Assembly (NCBI GenBank): GCA_043228905.1
Contig: JBHGNT010000150.1
Coordinates: 1 to 64,000 of the forward strand
Direction of reading: 5' to 3'
Source of the DNA: Azolla caroliniana
Lineage: Eukaryota > Plantae > Polypodiophyta
Length of the DNA: 64,000 nt
Under the pieces are notes generated by a model, which was not told the origin of the DNA, did no database searches, and was given only the letters and a program-made list of their open reading frames with translations. A program made the position numbers and the translations under genes. Numbering within the stretch: the stretch's first letter is position 1; the number at the start of each line of letters is the position of its first letter. This document shows, piece after piece, positions 1 to 13,841 of the stretch.

Positions 1-3000
1 AAACATGCGAAACGAAGCTAACAACGCTAGCTATGATATGAAATTAAAAGATCAAGATTTTGAAACTCAGGTCGAGAGACATGACGAAATTACCAAATTT
101 GAATAGTGAGTTGAGAGGAGCCCTTGAGTAAATGAAAATGTTCATACCTGGCTCGTGTGATATCGGATTTTTGTGTTCAAACATGCGAAACGAAGCTAAC
201 AACGCTAGCTATGATATGGAATTAAAAAATCAAGATTTTGAAACTCAGGTCGAGAGACATGACGAAATTAGCAAATTGGAGGAGTGAGTTGAGAAGAGCT
301 AGTAGGTAAATGAAAATGTTCATACCTGGCTCGTGTGATATCGGACTTTTGTGTTCAAACATGCGAAACGAAGCTAACAACGCTAGCTATGATATGAAAT
401 TAAAAGATCAAGATTTTGAAACTCAGGTCGAGAGACATGACGAAATTACCAAATTTGAGTAGTGAGTTGAGAGGAGCTCTTGAGTAAATGAAAATGTTCA
501 TACCTGGCTCGTGTGATATCGGATTTTTGTGTTCAAACATGCGAATCGAAGCGAACAACGCTAGCTATGAGATAGAATTAAAAAATCAAGATTTTGAAAC
601 TCAGGTCGAGAGACATGACGAAATTACCAAATTTGAATAGTGAGTTGAGAGGAGCCCTTGAGTAAATGAAAATGTTCATACCTGGCTCGTGTGATATCGG
701 ATTTTTGTGTTCAAACATGCGAATCGAAGCGAACAACGCTAGCTATGAGATAGAATTAAAAAATCAAGATTTTGAAACTCAGGTCGAAAGACATGACGAA
801 ATTAGCAAATTTGAGTAGTGAGTTGAGGGGAGCCCTTGAGTAAATTAAAATGTTCATACTTGGTTCGTGTGATATCGGATTTTTGTGTTCAAACATGCGA
901 TTCGAAGCTAACAACGCTAGCTATGATATGGAATTAAAAAATCAAGATTTTGAAACTCAGGTCGAGAGACATGACGAAATTAGCAAATTTGAGGAGTGAG
1001 TTGAGAAGAGCTAGTAGGTAAATTAAAATGTTCATACCTGGCTCGTGTGATATCGGATTTTTGTGTTCAAACATGCGAAACGAAGCTAACAACGCTAGCT
1101 ATGATATGAAATTAAAAGATCAAGATTTTGAAACTCAGGTCGAGAGACATGACGAAATTACCAAATTTGAATAGTGAGTTGAGAGGAGCCCTTGAGTAAA
1201 TGAAAATGTTCATACCTGGCTCGTGTGATATCGGATTTTTGTGTTCAAACATGCGAAACGAAGCTAACAACGCTAGCTATGATATGGAATTAAAAAATCA
1301 AGATTTTGAAACTCAGGTCGAGAGACATGACGAAATTAGCAAATTGGAGGAGTGAGTTGAGAGGAGCTCTTGAGTAAATGAAAATGTTCATACCTGGCTC
1401 GTGTGATATCGGATTTTTGTGTTCAAACATGCGAATCGAAGCGAACAACGCTAGCTATGAGATAGAATTAAAAAATCAAGATTTTGAAACTCAGGTCGAA
1501 AGACATGACGAAATTAGCAAATTTGAGTAGTGAGTTGAGGGGAGCCCTTGAGTAAATTAAAATGTTCATACTTGGTTCGTGTGATATCGGATTTTTGTGT
1601 TCAAACATGCGATTCGAAGCTAACAACGCTAGCTATGATATGGAATTAAAAAATCAAGATTTTGAAACTCAGGTCGAGAGACATGACGAAATTAGCAAAT
1701 TTGAGGAGTGAGTTGAGAAGAGCTAGTAGGTAAATGAAAATGTTCATACCTGGCTCGTGTGATATCGGATTTTTGTGTTCAAACATGCGAAACGAAGCTA
1801 ACAACGCTAGCTATGATATGAAATTAAAAGATCAAGATTTTGAAACTCAGGTCGAGAGACATGACGAAATTACCAAATTTGAGTAGTGAGTTGAGAGGAG
1901 CTCTTGAGTAAATGAAAATGTTCATACCTGGCTCGTGTGATATCGGATTTTTGTGTTCAAACATGCGAATCGAAGCTAACAACGCTAGCTATGATATGAA
2001 ATTAAAAGATCAAGATTTTGAAACTCAGGTCAAGAGACATGACGAAATTACCAAATTTGAATAGTGAGTTGAGGGGAGCCCTTGAGTAAATGAAAATGTT
2101 CATACCTGGCTCGTGTGATATCGGATTTTTGTGTTCAAACATGCGAAACGAAGCTAACAACGCTAGCTATGATATGGAATTAAAAAATCAAGATTTTGAA
2201 ACTCAGGTCGAGAGACATGACGAAATTACCAAATTTGAATAGTGAGTTGAGAGGAGCCCTTGAGTAAATGAAAATGTTCATACCTGGTTCGTGTGATATC
2301 GGATTTTTGTGTTCAAACATGCGAAACGAAGCTAACAACGCTAGCTATGATATGGAATTAAAAAATCAAGATTTTGAAACTCAGGTCGAGAGACATGACG
2401 AAATTAGCAAATTGGAGGAGTGAGTTGAGAAGAGCTAGTAGGTAAATGAAAATGTTCATACCTGGCTCGTGTGATATCGGACTTTTGTGTTCAACCATGC
2501 GAAACGAAGCTAACAACGCTAGCTATGATATGAAATTAAAAGATCAAGATTTTGAAACTCAGGTCGAGAGACATGACGAAATTACCAAATTTGAGTAGTG
2601 AGTTGAGAGGAGCCCTTGAGTAAATGAAAATGTTCATACCTGGTTCGTGTGATATCGGATTTTTGTGTTCAAACATGCGAAACGAAGCTAACAACGCTAG
2701 CTATGATATGGAATTAAAAAATCAAGATTTTGAAACTCAGGTCGAGAGACATGACGAAATTAGCAAATTGGAGGAGTGAGTTGAGAAGAGCTAGTAGGTA
2801 AATGAAAATGTTCATACCTGGCTCGTGTGATATCGGACTTTTGTGTTCAACCATGCGAAACGAAGCTAACAACGCTAGCTATGATATGAAATTAAAAGAT
2901 CAAGATTTTGAAACTCAGGTCGAGAGACATGACGAAATTACCAAATTTGAGTAGTGAGTTGAGAGGAGCTCTTGAGTAAATGAAAATGTTCATACCTGGC

Positions 3001-3466
3001 TCGTGTGATATCGGATTTTTGTGTTCAAACATGCGAATCGAAGCGAACAACGCTAGCTATGAGATAGAATTAAAAAATCAAGATTTTGAAACTCAGGTCG
3101 AAAGACATGACGAAATTAGCAAATTTGAGTAGTGAGTTGAGGGGAGCCCTTGAGTAAATTAAAATGTTCATACTTGGTTCGTGTGATATCGGATTTTTGT
3201 GTTCAAACATGCGATTCGAAGCTAACAACGCTAGCTATGATATGGAATTAAAAAATCAAGATTTTGAAACTCAGGTCGAGAGACATGACGAAATTAGCAA
3301 ATTTGAGGAGTGAGTTGAGAAGAGCTAGTAGGTAAATGAAAATGTTCATACCTGGCTCGTGTGATATCGGATTTTTGTGTTCAAACATGCGAAACGAAGC
3401 TAACAACGCTAGCTATGATATGAAATTAAAAGATCAAGATTTTGAAACTCAGGTCGAGAGACATGA

Positions 3467-6400
3467 CGAAATTACCAAATTTGAGTAGTGAGTTGAGAGG
3501 AGCTCTTGAGTAAATGAAAATGTTCATACCTGGCTCGTGTGATATCGGATTTTTGTGTTCAAACATGCGAATCGAAGCTAACAACGCTAGCTATGATATG
3601 AAATTAAAAGATCAAGATTTTGAAACTCAGGTCAAGAGACATGACGAAATTACCAAATTTGAATAGTGAGTTGAGGGGAGCCCTTGAGTAAATGAAAATG
3701 TTCATACCTGGCTCGTGTGATATCGGATTTTTGTGTTCAAACATGCGAAACGAAGCTAACAACGCTAGCTATGATATGGAATTAAAAAATCAAGATTTTG
3801 AAACTCAGGTCGAGAGACATGACGAAATTACCAAATTTGAATAGTGAGTTGAGAGGAGCCCTTGAGTAAATGAAAATGTTCATACCTGGTTCGTGTGATA
3901 TCGGATTTTTGTGTTCAAACATGCGAAACGAAGCTAACAACGCTAGCTATGATATGGAATTAAAAAATCAAGATTTTGAAACTCAGGTCGAGAGACATGA
4001 CGAAATTAGCAAATTGGAGGAGTGAGTTGAGAAGAGCTAGTAGGTAAATGAAAATGTTCATACCTGGCTCGTGTGATATCGAACTTTTGTGTTCAACCAT
4101 GCGAAACGAAGCTAACAACGCTAGCTATGATATGAAATTAAAAGATCAAGATTTTGAAACTCAGGTCGAGAGACATGACAAAATTACCAAATTTGAGTAG
4201 TGAGTTGAGAGGAGCTCTTGAGTAAATGAAAATGTTCATACCTGGCTCGTGTGATATCGGATTTTTGTGTTCAAACATGCGAATCGAAGCGAACAACGCT
4301 AGCTATGAGATAGAATTAAAAAATCAAGATTTTGAAACTCAGGTCGAAAGACATGACGAAATTAGCAAATTTGAGTAGTGAGTTGAGGGGAGCCCTTGAG
4401 TAAATTAAAATGTTCATACTTGGTTCGTGTGATATCGGATTTTTGTGTTCAAACATGCGATTCGAAGCTAACAACGCTAGCTATGATATGGAATTAAAAA
4501 ATCAAGATTTTGAAACTCAGGTCGAGAGACATGACGAAATTAGCAAATTTGAGGAGTGAGTTGAGAAGAGCTAGTAGGTAAATTAAAATGTTCATACCTG
4601 GCTCGTGTGATATCGGATTTTTGTGTTCAAACATGCGAAACGAAGCTAACAACGCTAGCTATGATATGAAATTAAAAGATCAAGATTTTGAAACTCAGGT
4701 CAAGAGACATGACGAAATTACCAAATTTGAATAGTGAGTTGAGAGGAGCCCTTGAGTAAATGAAAATGTTCATACCTGGCTCGTGTGATATCGGATTTTT
4801 GTGTTCAAACATGCGAAACGAAGCTAACAACGCTAGCTATGATATGGAATTAAAAAATCAAGATTTTGAAACTCAGGTCGAGAGACATGACGAAATTAGC
4901 AAATTGGAGGAGTGAGTTGAGAAGAGCTAGTAGGTAAATGAAAATGTTCATACCTGGCTCGTGTGATATCGGACTTTTGTGTTCAAACATGCGAAACGAA
5001 GCTAACAACGCTAGCTATGATATGAAATTAAAAGATCAAGATTTGGAAACTCAGGTCGAGAGACATGACGAAATTACCAAATTTGAGTAGTGAGTTGAGA
5101 GGAGCTCTTGAGTAAATGAAAATGTTCATACCTGGCTCGTGTGATATCGGATTTTTGTGTTCAAACATGCGAAACGAAGCTAACAACGCTAGCTATGATA
5201 TGGAATTAAAAAATCAAGATTTTGAAACTCAGGTCGAGAGACATGACGAAATTAGCAAATTGGAGGAGTGAGTTTAGAAGAGCTAGTAGGTAAATGAAAA
5301 TGTTCATACCTGGCTCGTGTGATATCGGATTTTTGTGTTCAAACATGCGAAACGAAGCTAACAACGCTAGCTATGATATGAAATTAAAAGATCAAGATTT
5401 TGAAACTCAGGTCGAGAGACATGACGAAATTACCAAATTTGAGTAGTGAGTTGAGAGGAGCCCTTGAGTAAATGAAAATGTTCATACCTGGCTCGTGTGA
5501 TATCGGATTTTTGTGTTCAAACATGCGAATCGAAGCTAACAACGCTAGCTATGATATGAAATTAAAAGATCAAGATTTTGAAACTCAGGTCGAGAGACAT
5601 GACGAAATTAGCAAATTGGAGGAGTGAGTTGAGAAGAGCTAGTAGGTAAATGAAAATGTTCATACCTGGCTCGTGTGATATCGGACTTTTGTGTTCAAAC
5701 ATGCGAAACGAAGCTAACAACGCTAGCTATGATATGAAATTAAAAGATCAAGATTTTGAAACTCAGGTCGAGAGACATGACGAAATTACCAAATTTGAGT
5801 AGTGAGTTGAGAGGAGCTCTTGAGTAAATGAAAATGTTCATACCTGGCTCGTGTGATATCGGATTTTTGTGTTCAAACATGCGAAACGAAGCTAACAACG
5901 CTAGCTATGATATGGAATTAAAAGATCAAGATTTTGAAACTCAGGTCGAGAGACATGACGAAATTAGCAAATTTGAGTAGTGAGTTGAGAGGAGCTCTTG
6001 AGTAAATGAAAATGTTCATACCTGGCTCGTGTGATATCGGATTTTTGTGTTCAAACATGCGAATCGAAGCGAACAACGCTAGCTATGAGATAGAATTAAA
6101 AAATCAAGATTTTGAAACTCAGGTCGAAAGACATGACGAAATTACCAAATTTGAGTAGTGAGTTGAGAGGAGCTCTTGAGTAAATGAAAATGTTCATACC
6201 TGGCTCGTGTGATATCGGATTTTTGTGTTCAAACATGCGAATCGAAGCTAACAACGCTAGCTATGATATGAAATTAAAAGATCAAGATTTTGAAACTCAG
6301 GTCAAGAGACATGACGAAATTACCAAATTTGAATAGTGAGTTGAGGGGAGCCCTTGAGTAAATGAAAATGTTCATACCTGGCTCGTGTGATATCGGATTT

Positions 6401-8806
6401 TTGTGTTCAAACATGCGAAACGAAGCTAACAACGCTAGCTATGATATGGAATTAAAAAATCAAGATTTTGAAACTCAGGTCGAGAGACATGACGAAATTA
6501 CCAAATTTGAATAGTGAGTTGAGAGGAGCCCTTGAGTAAATGAAAATGTTCATACCTGGTTCGTGTGATATCGGATTTTTGTGTTCAAACATGCGAAACG
6601 AAGCTAACAACGCTAGCTATGATATGGAATTAAAAAATCAAGATTTTGAAACTCAGGTCGAGAGACATGACGAAATTAGCAAATTGGAGGAGTGAGTTGA
6701 GAAGAGCTAGTAGGTAAATGAAAATGTTCATACCTGGCTCGTGTGATATCGAACTTTTGTGTTCAACCATGCGAAACGAAGCTAACAACGCTAGCTATGA
6801 TATGAAATTAAAAGATCAAGATTTTGAAACTCAGGTCGAGAGACATGACAAAATTACCAAATTTGAGTAGTGAGTTGAGAGGAGCTCTTGAGTAAATGAA
6901 AATGTTCATACCTGGCTCGTGTGATATCGGATTTTTGTGTTCAAACATGCGAATCGAAGCGAACAACGCTAGCTATGAGATAGAATTAAAAAATCAAGAT
7001 TTTGAAACTCAGGTCGAAAGACATGACGAAATTAGCAAATTTGAGTAGTGAGTTGAGGGGAGCCCTTGAGTAAATTAAAATGTTCATACTTGGTTCGTGT
7101 GATATCGGATTTTTGTGTTCAAACATGCGATTCGAAGCTAACAACGCTAGCTATGATATGGAATTAAAAAATCAAGATTTTGAAACTCAGGTCGAGAGAC
7201 ATGACGAAATTAGCAAATTTGAGGAGTGAGTTGAGAAGAGCTAGTAGGTAAATTAAAATGTTCATACCTGGCTCGTGTGATATCGGATTTTTGTGTTCAA
7301 ACATGCGAAACGAAGCTAACAACGCTAGCTATGATATGAAATTAAAAGATCAAGATTTTGAAACTCAGGTCAAGAGACATGACGAAATTAGCAAATTTGA
7401 GTAGTGAGTTGAGAGGAGCCCTTGAGTAAATGAAAATGTTCATACCTGGCTCGTGTGATATCGGATTTTTGTGTTCAAACATGCGAAACGAAGCTAACAA
7501 CGCTAGCTATGATATGGAATTAAAAAATCAAGATTTTGAAACTCAGGTCGAGAGACATGACGAAATTAGCAAATTGGAGGAGTGAGTTGAGAAGAGCTAG
7601 TAGGTAAATGAAAATGTTCATACCTGGCTCGTGTGATATTGGACTTTTGTGTTCAAACATGCGAAACGAAGCTAACAACGCTAGCTATGATATGAAATTA
7701 AAAGATCAAGATTTGGAAACTCAGGTCGAGAGACATGACGAAATTACCAAATTTGAGTAGTGAGTTGAGAGGAGCTCTTGAGTAAATGAAAATGTTCATA
7801 CCTGGCTCGTGTGATATCGGATTTTTGTGTTCAAACATGCGAAACGAAGCTAACAACGCTAGCTATGATATGGAATTAAAAAATCAAGATTTTGAAACTC
7901 AGGTCGAGAGACATGACGAAATTAGCAAATTGGAGGAGTGAGTTTAGAAGAGCTAGTAGGTAAATGAAAATGTTCATACCTGGCTCGTGTGATATCGGAT
8001 TTTTGTGTTCAAACATGCGAAACGAAGCTAACAACGCTAGCTATGATATGAAATTAAAAGATCAAGATTTTGAAACTCAGGTCGAGAGACATGACGAAAT
8101 TACCAAATTTGAGTAGTGAGTTGAGAGGAGCCCTTGAGTAAATGAAAATGTTCATACCTGGCTCGTGTGATATCGGATTTTTGTGTTCAAACATGCGAAT
8201 CGAAGCTAACAACGCTAGCTATGATATGAAATTAAAAGATCAAGATTTTGAAACTCAGGTCGAGAGACATGACGAAATTAGCAAATTGGAGGAGTGAGTT
8301 GAGAAGAGCTAGTAGGTAAATGAAAATGTTCATACCTGGCTCGTGTGATATCGGACTTTTGTGTTCAAACATGCGAAACGAAGCTAACAACGCTAGCTAT
8401 GATATGAAATTAAAAGATCAAGATTTTGAAACTCAGGTCGAGAGACATGACGAAATTACCAAATTTGAGTAGTGAGTTGAGAGGAGCTCTTGAGTAAATG
8501 AAAATGTTCATACCTGGCTCGTGTGATATCGGATTTTTGTGTTCAAACATGCGAAACGAAGCTAACAACGCTAGCTATGATATGGAATTAAAAGATCAAG
8601 ATTTTGAAACTCAGGTCGAGAGACATGACGAAATTACCAAATTTGAGTAGTGAGTTGAGAGGAGCTCTTGAGTAAATGAAAATGTTCATACCTGGCTCGT
8701 GTGATATCGGATTTTTGTGTTCAAACATGCGAATCGAAGCGAACAACGCTAGCTATGAGATAGAATTAAAAAATCAAGATTTTGAAACTCAGGTCGAAAG
8801 ACATGA
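3467..8806. repeat. Tandem duplication of a 15-monomer (2,670-bp) block
   Basis: Rare variants are paired at offset 2670: ATCGAACTT 4081/6751, GACAAAATT 4180/6850, ATTTGGAAAC 5041/7711, AGTTTAGAAG 5271/7941. A hybrid D/C monomer at about 6129-6144 marks the junction. Confidence 0.85.
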
Positions 8807-11800
8807 CGAAATTAGCAAATTTGAGTAGTGAGTTGAGGGGAGCCCTTGAGTAAATTAAAATGTTCATACTTGGTTCGTGTGATATCGGATTTTTGTGTTC
8901 AAACATGCGATTCGAAGCTAACAACGCTAGCTATGATATGGAATTAAAAAATCAAGATTTTGAAACTCAGGTCGAGAGACATGACGAAATTAGCAAATTT
9001 GAGGAGTGAGTTGAGAAGAGCTAGTAGGTAAATTAAAATGTTCATACCTGGCTCGTGTGATATCGGAATTTTGTGTTCAAACATGCGAAACGAAGCTAAC
9101 AACGCTAGCTATGATATGAAATTAAAAGATCAAGATTTTGAAACTCAGGTCGAGAGATATGACGAAATTACCAAATTTGAATAGTGAGTTGAGAGGAGCC
9201 CTTGAGTAAATGAAAATGTTCATACTTGGCTCGTGTGATATCGGATTTTTGTGTTCAAACATGCGAAACGAAGCTAACAACGCTAGCTATGATATGGAAT
9301 TAAAAAATTAAGATTTTGAAACTCAGGTCGAGAGACATGACGAAATTAGCAAATTGGAGGAGTGAGTTGAGAAGAGCTAGTAGGTAAATGAAAATGTTCA
9401 TACCTGGCTCGTTTGATATCGGATTTTTGTGTTCAAACATGCGAAACGAAGCTAACAACGCTAGCTATGATATGAAATTAAAAGATCAAGATTTTGAAAC
9501 TCAGGTCGAGAGACATGACGAAATTACCAAATTTGAGTAGTGAGTTGAGAGGAGCTCTTGAGTAAATGAAAATGTTCATACCTGGCTCGTGTGATATCGG
9601 ATTTTTGTGTTCAAACATGCGAATCGAAGCTAACAACGCTAGCTATGATATGAAATTAAAAGATCAAGATTTTGAAACTCAGGTCGAGAGACATGACGAA
9701 ATTACCAAATTTGAATAGTGAGTTGAGAGGAGCCCTTGAGTAAATGAAAATGTTCATACCTGGCTCGTGTGATATCGGATTTTTGTGTTCAAACATGCGA
9801 AACGAAGCTAACAACGCTAGCTATGATATGGAATTAAAAAATCAAGATTTTGAAACTCAGGTCGAGAGACATGACGAAATTAGCAAATTTGAGGAGTGAG
9901 TTGAGAAGAGCTAGTAGGTAAATTAAAATGTTCATACCTGGCTCGTGTGATATCGGATTTTTGTGTTCAAACATGCGATTCGAAGCTAACAACGCTAGCT
10001 ATGATATGGAATTAAAAAATCAAGATTTTGAAACTCAGGTCGAGAGACATGACGAAATTAGCAAATTGGAGGAGTGAGTTGAGAAGAGCTAGTAGGTAAA
10101 TGAAAATGTTCATACCTGGCTCGTGTGATATCGGACTTTTGTGTTCAAACATGCGAAACGAAACTAACAACGCTAGCTATGATATGAAATTAAAAGATCA
10201 AGATTTTGAAACTCAGGTCGAGAGACATGACGAAATTACCAAATTTGAGTAGTGAGTTGAGAGGAGCTCTTGAGTAAATGAAAATGTTCATACCTGGCTC
10301 GTGTGATATCGGATTTTTGTGTTCAAACATGCGAATCGAAGCTAACAACGCTAGCTATGATATGAAATTAAAAGATCAAGATTTTGAAACTCAGGTCGAG
10401 AGACATGACGAAATTACTAAATTTGAATAGTGAGTTGAGGGGAGCCCTTGAGTAAATGAAAATGTTCATACCTGGCTCGTGTGATATCGGATTTTTGTGT
10501 TCAAACATGCGAAACGAAGCTAACAACGCTAGCTATGATATGGAATTAAAAAATCAAGATTTTGAAACTCAGGTCGAGAGACATGACGAAATTAGCAAAT
10601 TGGAGGAGTGAGTTGAGAAGAGCTAGTAGGTAAATGAAAATGTTCATACCTGGCTCGTGTGATATCGGATTTTTGTGTTCAAACATGCGAAACGAAGCTA
10701 ACAACGCTAGCTATGATATGGAATTAAAAAATCAAGATTTTGAAACTCAGGTCGAGAGACATGACGAAATTAGCAAATTTGAGGAGTGAGTTGAGAAGAG
10801 CTAGTAGGTAAATTAAAATGTTCATACCTGGCTCGTGTGATATCGGATTTTTGTGTTCAAACATGCGATTCGAAGCTAACAACGCTAGCTATGATATGGA
10901 ATTAAAAAATCAAGATTTTGAAACTCAGGTCGAGAGACATGACGAAATTAGCAAATTGGAGGAGTGAGTTGAGAAGAGCTAGTAGGTAAATGAAAATGTT
11001 CATACCTGGCTCGTGTGATATCGGACTTTTGTGTTCAAACATGCGAAACGAAACTAACAACGCTAGCTATGATATGAAATTAAAAGATCAAGATTTTGAA
11101 ACTCAGGTCGAGAGACATGACGAAATTACCAAATTTGAGTAGTGAGTTGAGAGGAGCTCTTGAGTAAATGAAAATGTTCATACCTGGCTCGTGTGATATC
11201 GGATTTTTGTGTTCAAACATGCGAATCGAAGCTAACAACGCTAGCTATGATATGAAATTAAAAGATCAAGATTTTGAAACTCAGGTCGAGAGACATGACG
11301 AAATTACCAAATTTGAATAGTGAGTTGAGGGGAGCCCTTGAGTAAATGAAAATGTTCATACCTGGCTCGTGTGATATCGGATTTTTGTGTTCAAACATGC
11401 GAAACGAAGCTAACAACGCTAGCTATGATATGGAATTAAAAAATCAAGATTTTGAAACTCAGGTCGAGAGACATGACGAAATTAGCAAATTGGAGGAGTG
11501 AGTTGAGAAGAGCTAGTAGGTAAATGAAAATGTTCATACCTGGCTCGTGTGATATCGGATTTTTGTGTTCAAACATGCGAAACGAAGCTAACAACGCTAG
11601 CTATGATATGAAATTAAAAGATCAAGATTTTGAAACTCAGGTCGAGAGACATGACGAAATTACCAAATTTGAGTAGTGAGTTGAGAGGAGCTCTTGAGTA
11701 AATGAAAATGTTCATACCTGGCTCGTGTGATATCGGATTTTTGTGTTCAAACATGCGAATCGAAGCGAACAACGCTAGCTATGAGATAGAATTAAAAAAT

Positions 11801-13841
11801 CAAGATTTTGAAACTCAGGTCGAAAGACATGACGAAATTAGCAAATTTGAGTAGTGAGTTGAGGGGAGCCCTTCAGTAAATTAAAATGTTCATACTTGGT
11901 TCGTGTGATATCGGATTTTTGTGTTCAAACATGCGATTCGAAGCTAACAATGCTAGCTATGATATGGAATTAAAAAATCAAGATTTTGAAACTCAGGTCG
12001 AGAGATATGACGAAATTAGCAAATTTGAGGATTGAGTTGAGAAGAGCTAGTAGGTAAATTAAAATGTTCATACCTGGCTCGTGTGATATCGGAATTTTGT
12101 GTTCAAACATGCGAAACGAAGCTAACAACGCTAGCTATGATATGGAATTAAAAAATCAAGATTTTGAAACTCAGGTCGAGAGACATGACGAAATTACCAA
12201 ATTTGAATAGTGAGTTGAGAGGAGCCCTTGAGTAAATGAAAATGTTCATACCTGGTTCGTGTGATATCGGATTTTTGTGTTCAAACATGCGAAACGAAGC
12301 TAACAACGCTAGCTATGATATGGAATTAAAAAATCAAGATTTTGAAACTCAGGTCGAGAGACATGACGAAATTAGCAAATTGGAGGAGTGAGTTGAGAAG
12401 AGCTAGTAGGTAAATGAAAATGTTCATACCTGGCTCGTGTGATATCGGACTTTTGTGTTCAACCATGCGAAACGAAGCTAACAACGCTAGCTATGATATG
12501 AAATTAAAAGATCAAGATTTTGAAACTCAGGTCGAGAGACATGACGAAATTACCAAATTTGAGTAGTGAGTTGAGAGGAGCTCTTGAGTAAATGAAAATG
12601 TTCATACCTGGCTCGTGTGATATCGGATTTTTGTGTTCAAACATTCGAATCGAAGCTAACAATGCTAGCTATGATATGAAATTAAAAGATCAAGATTTTG
12701 AAACTCAGGTCGAGAGACATGACGAAATTACCAAATTTGAATAGTGAGTTGAGGGGAGCCCTTGAGTAAATGAAAATGTTCATACCTGGCTCGTGTGATA
12801 TCGGATTTTTGTGTTCAAACATGCGAAACGAAGCTAACAACGCTAGCTATGATATGAAATTAAAAGATCAAGATTTTGAAACTCAGGTCGAGAGACATGA
12901 CGAAATTACCAAATTTGAATAGTGAGTTGAGAGGAGCCCTTGAGTAAATGAAAATGTTCATACCTGGCTCGTGTGATATCGGATTTTTGTGTTCAAACAT
13001 GCGAAACGAAGCTAACAACGCTAGCTATGATATGGAATTAAAAAATCAAGATTTTGAAACTCAGGTCGAGAGACATGACGAAATTAGCAAATTGGAGGAG
13101 TGAGTTGAGAAGAGCTAGTAGGTAAATGAAAATGTTCATACCTGGCTCGTGTGATATCGGACTTTTGTGTTCAAACATGCGAAACGAAGCTAACAACGCT
13201 AGCTATGATATGAAATTAAAAGATCAAGATTTTGAAACTCAGGTCGAGAGACATGACGAAATTACCAAATTTGAGTAGTGAGTTGAGAGGAGCTCTTGAG
13301 TAAATGAAAATGTTCATACCTGGCTCGTGTGATATCGGATTTTTGTGTTCAAACATGCGAATCGAAGCGAACAACGCTAGCTATGAGATAGAATTAAAAA
13401 ATCAAGATTTTGAAACTCAGGTCGAGAGACATGACGAAATTACCAAATTTGAATAGTGAGTTGAGAGGAGCCCTTGAGTAAATGAAAATGTTCATACCTG
13501 GCTCGTGTGATATCGGATTTTTGTGTTCAAACATGCGAATCGAAGCGAACAACGCTAGCTATGAGATAGAATTAAAAAATCAAGATTTTGAAACTCAGGT
13601 CGAAAGACATGACGAAATTAGCAAATTTGAGTAGTGAGTTGAGGGGAGCCCTTGAGTAAATTAAAATGTTCATACTTGGTTCGTGTGATATCGGATTTTT
13701 GTGTTCAAACATGCGATTCGAAGCTAACAACGCTAGCTATGATATGGAATTAAAAAATCAAGATTTTGAAACTCAGGTCGAGAGATATGACGAAATTAGC
13801 AAATTTGAGGAGTGAGTTGAGAAGAGCTAGTAGGTAAATTA

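Noticed and set aside
1-178. Identification as Arabidopsis thaliana CEN178/CEN180 or primate alpha satellite
   Set aside because: Only the length matches CEN178; its characteristic sequence and consensus HindIII site are absent. Alpha satellite is 171 bp, and I see no CENP-B box here.
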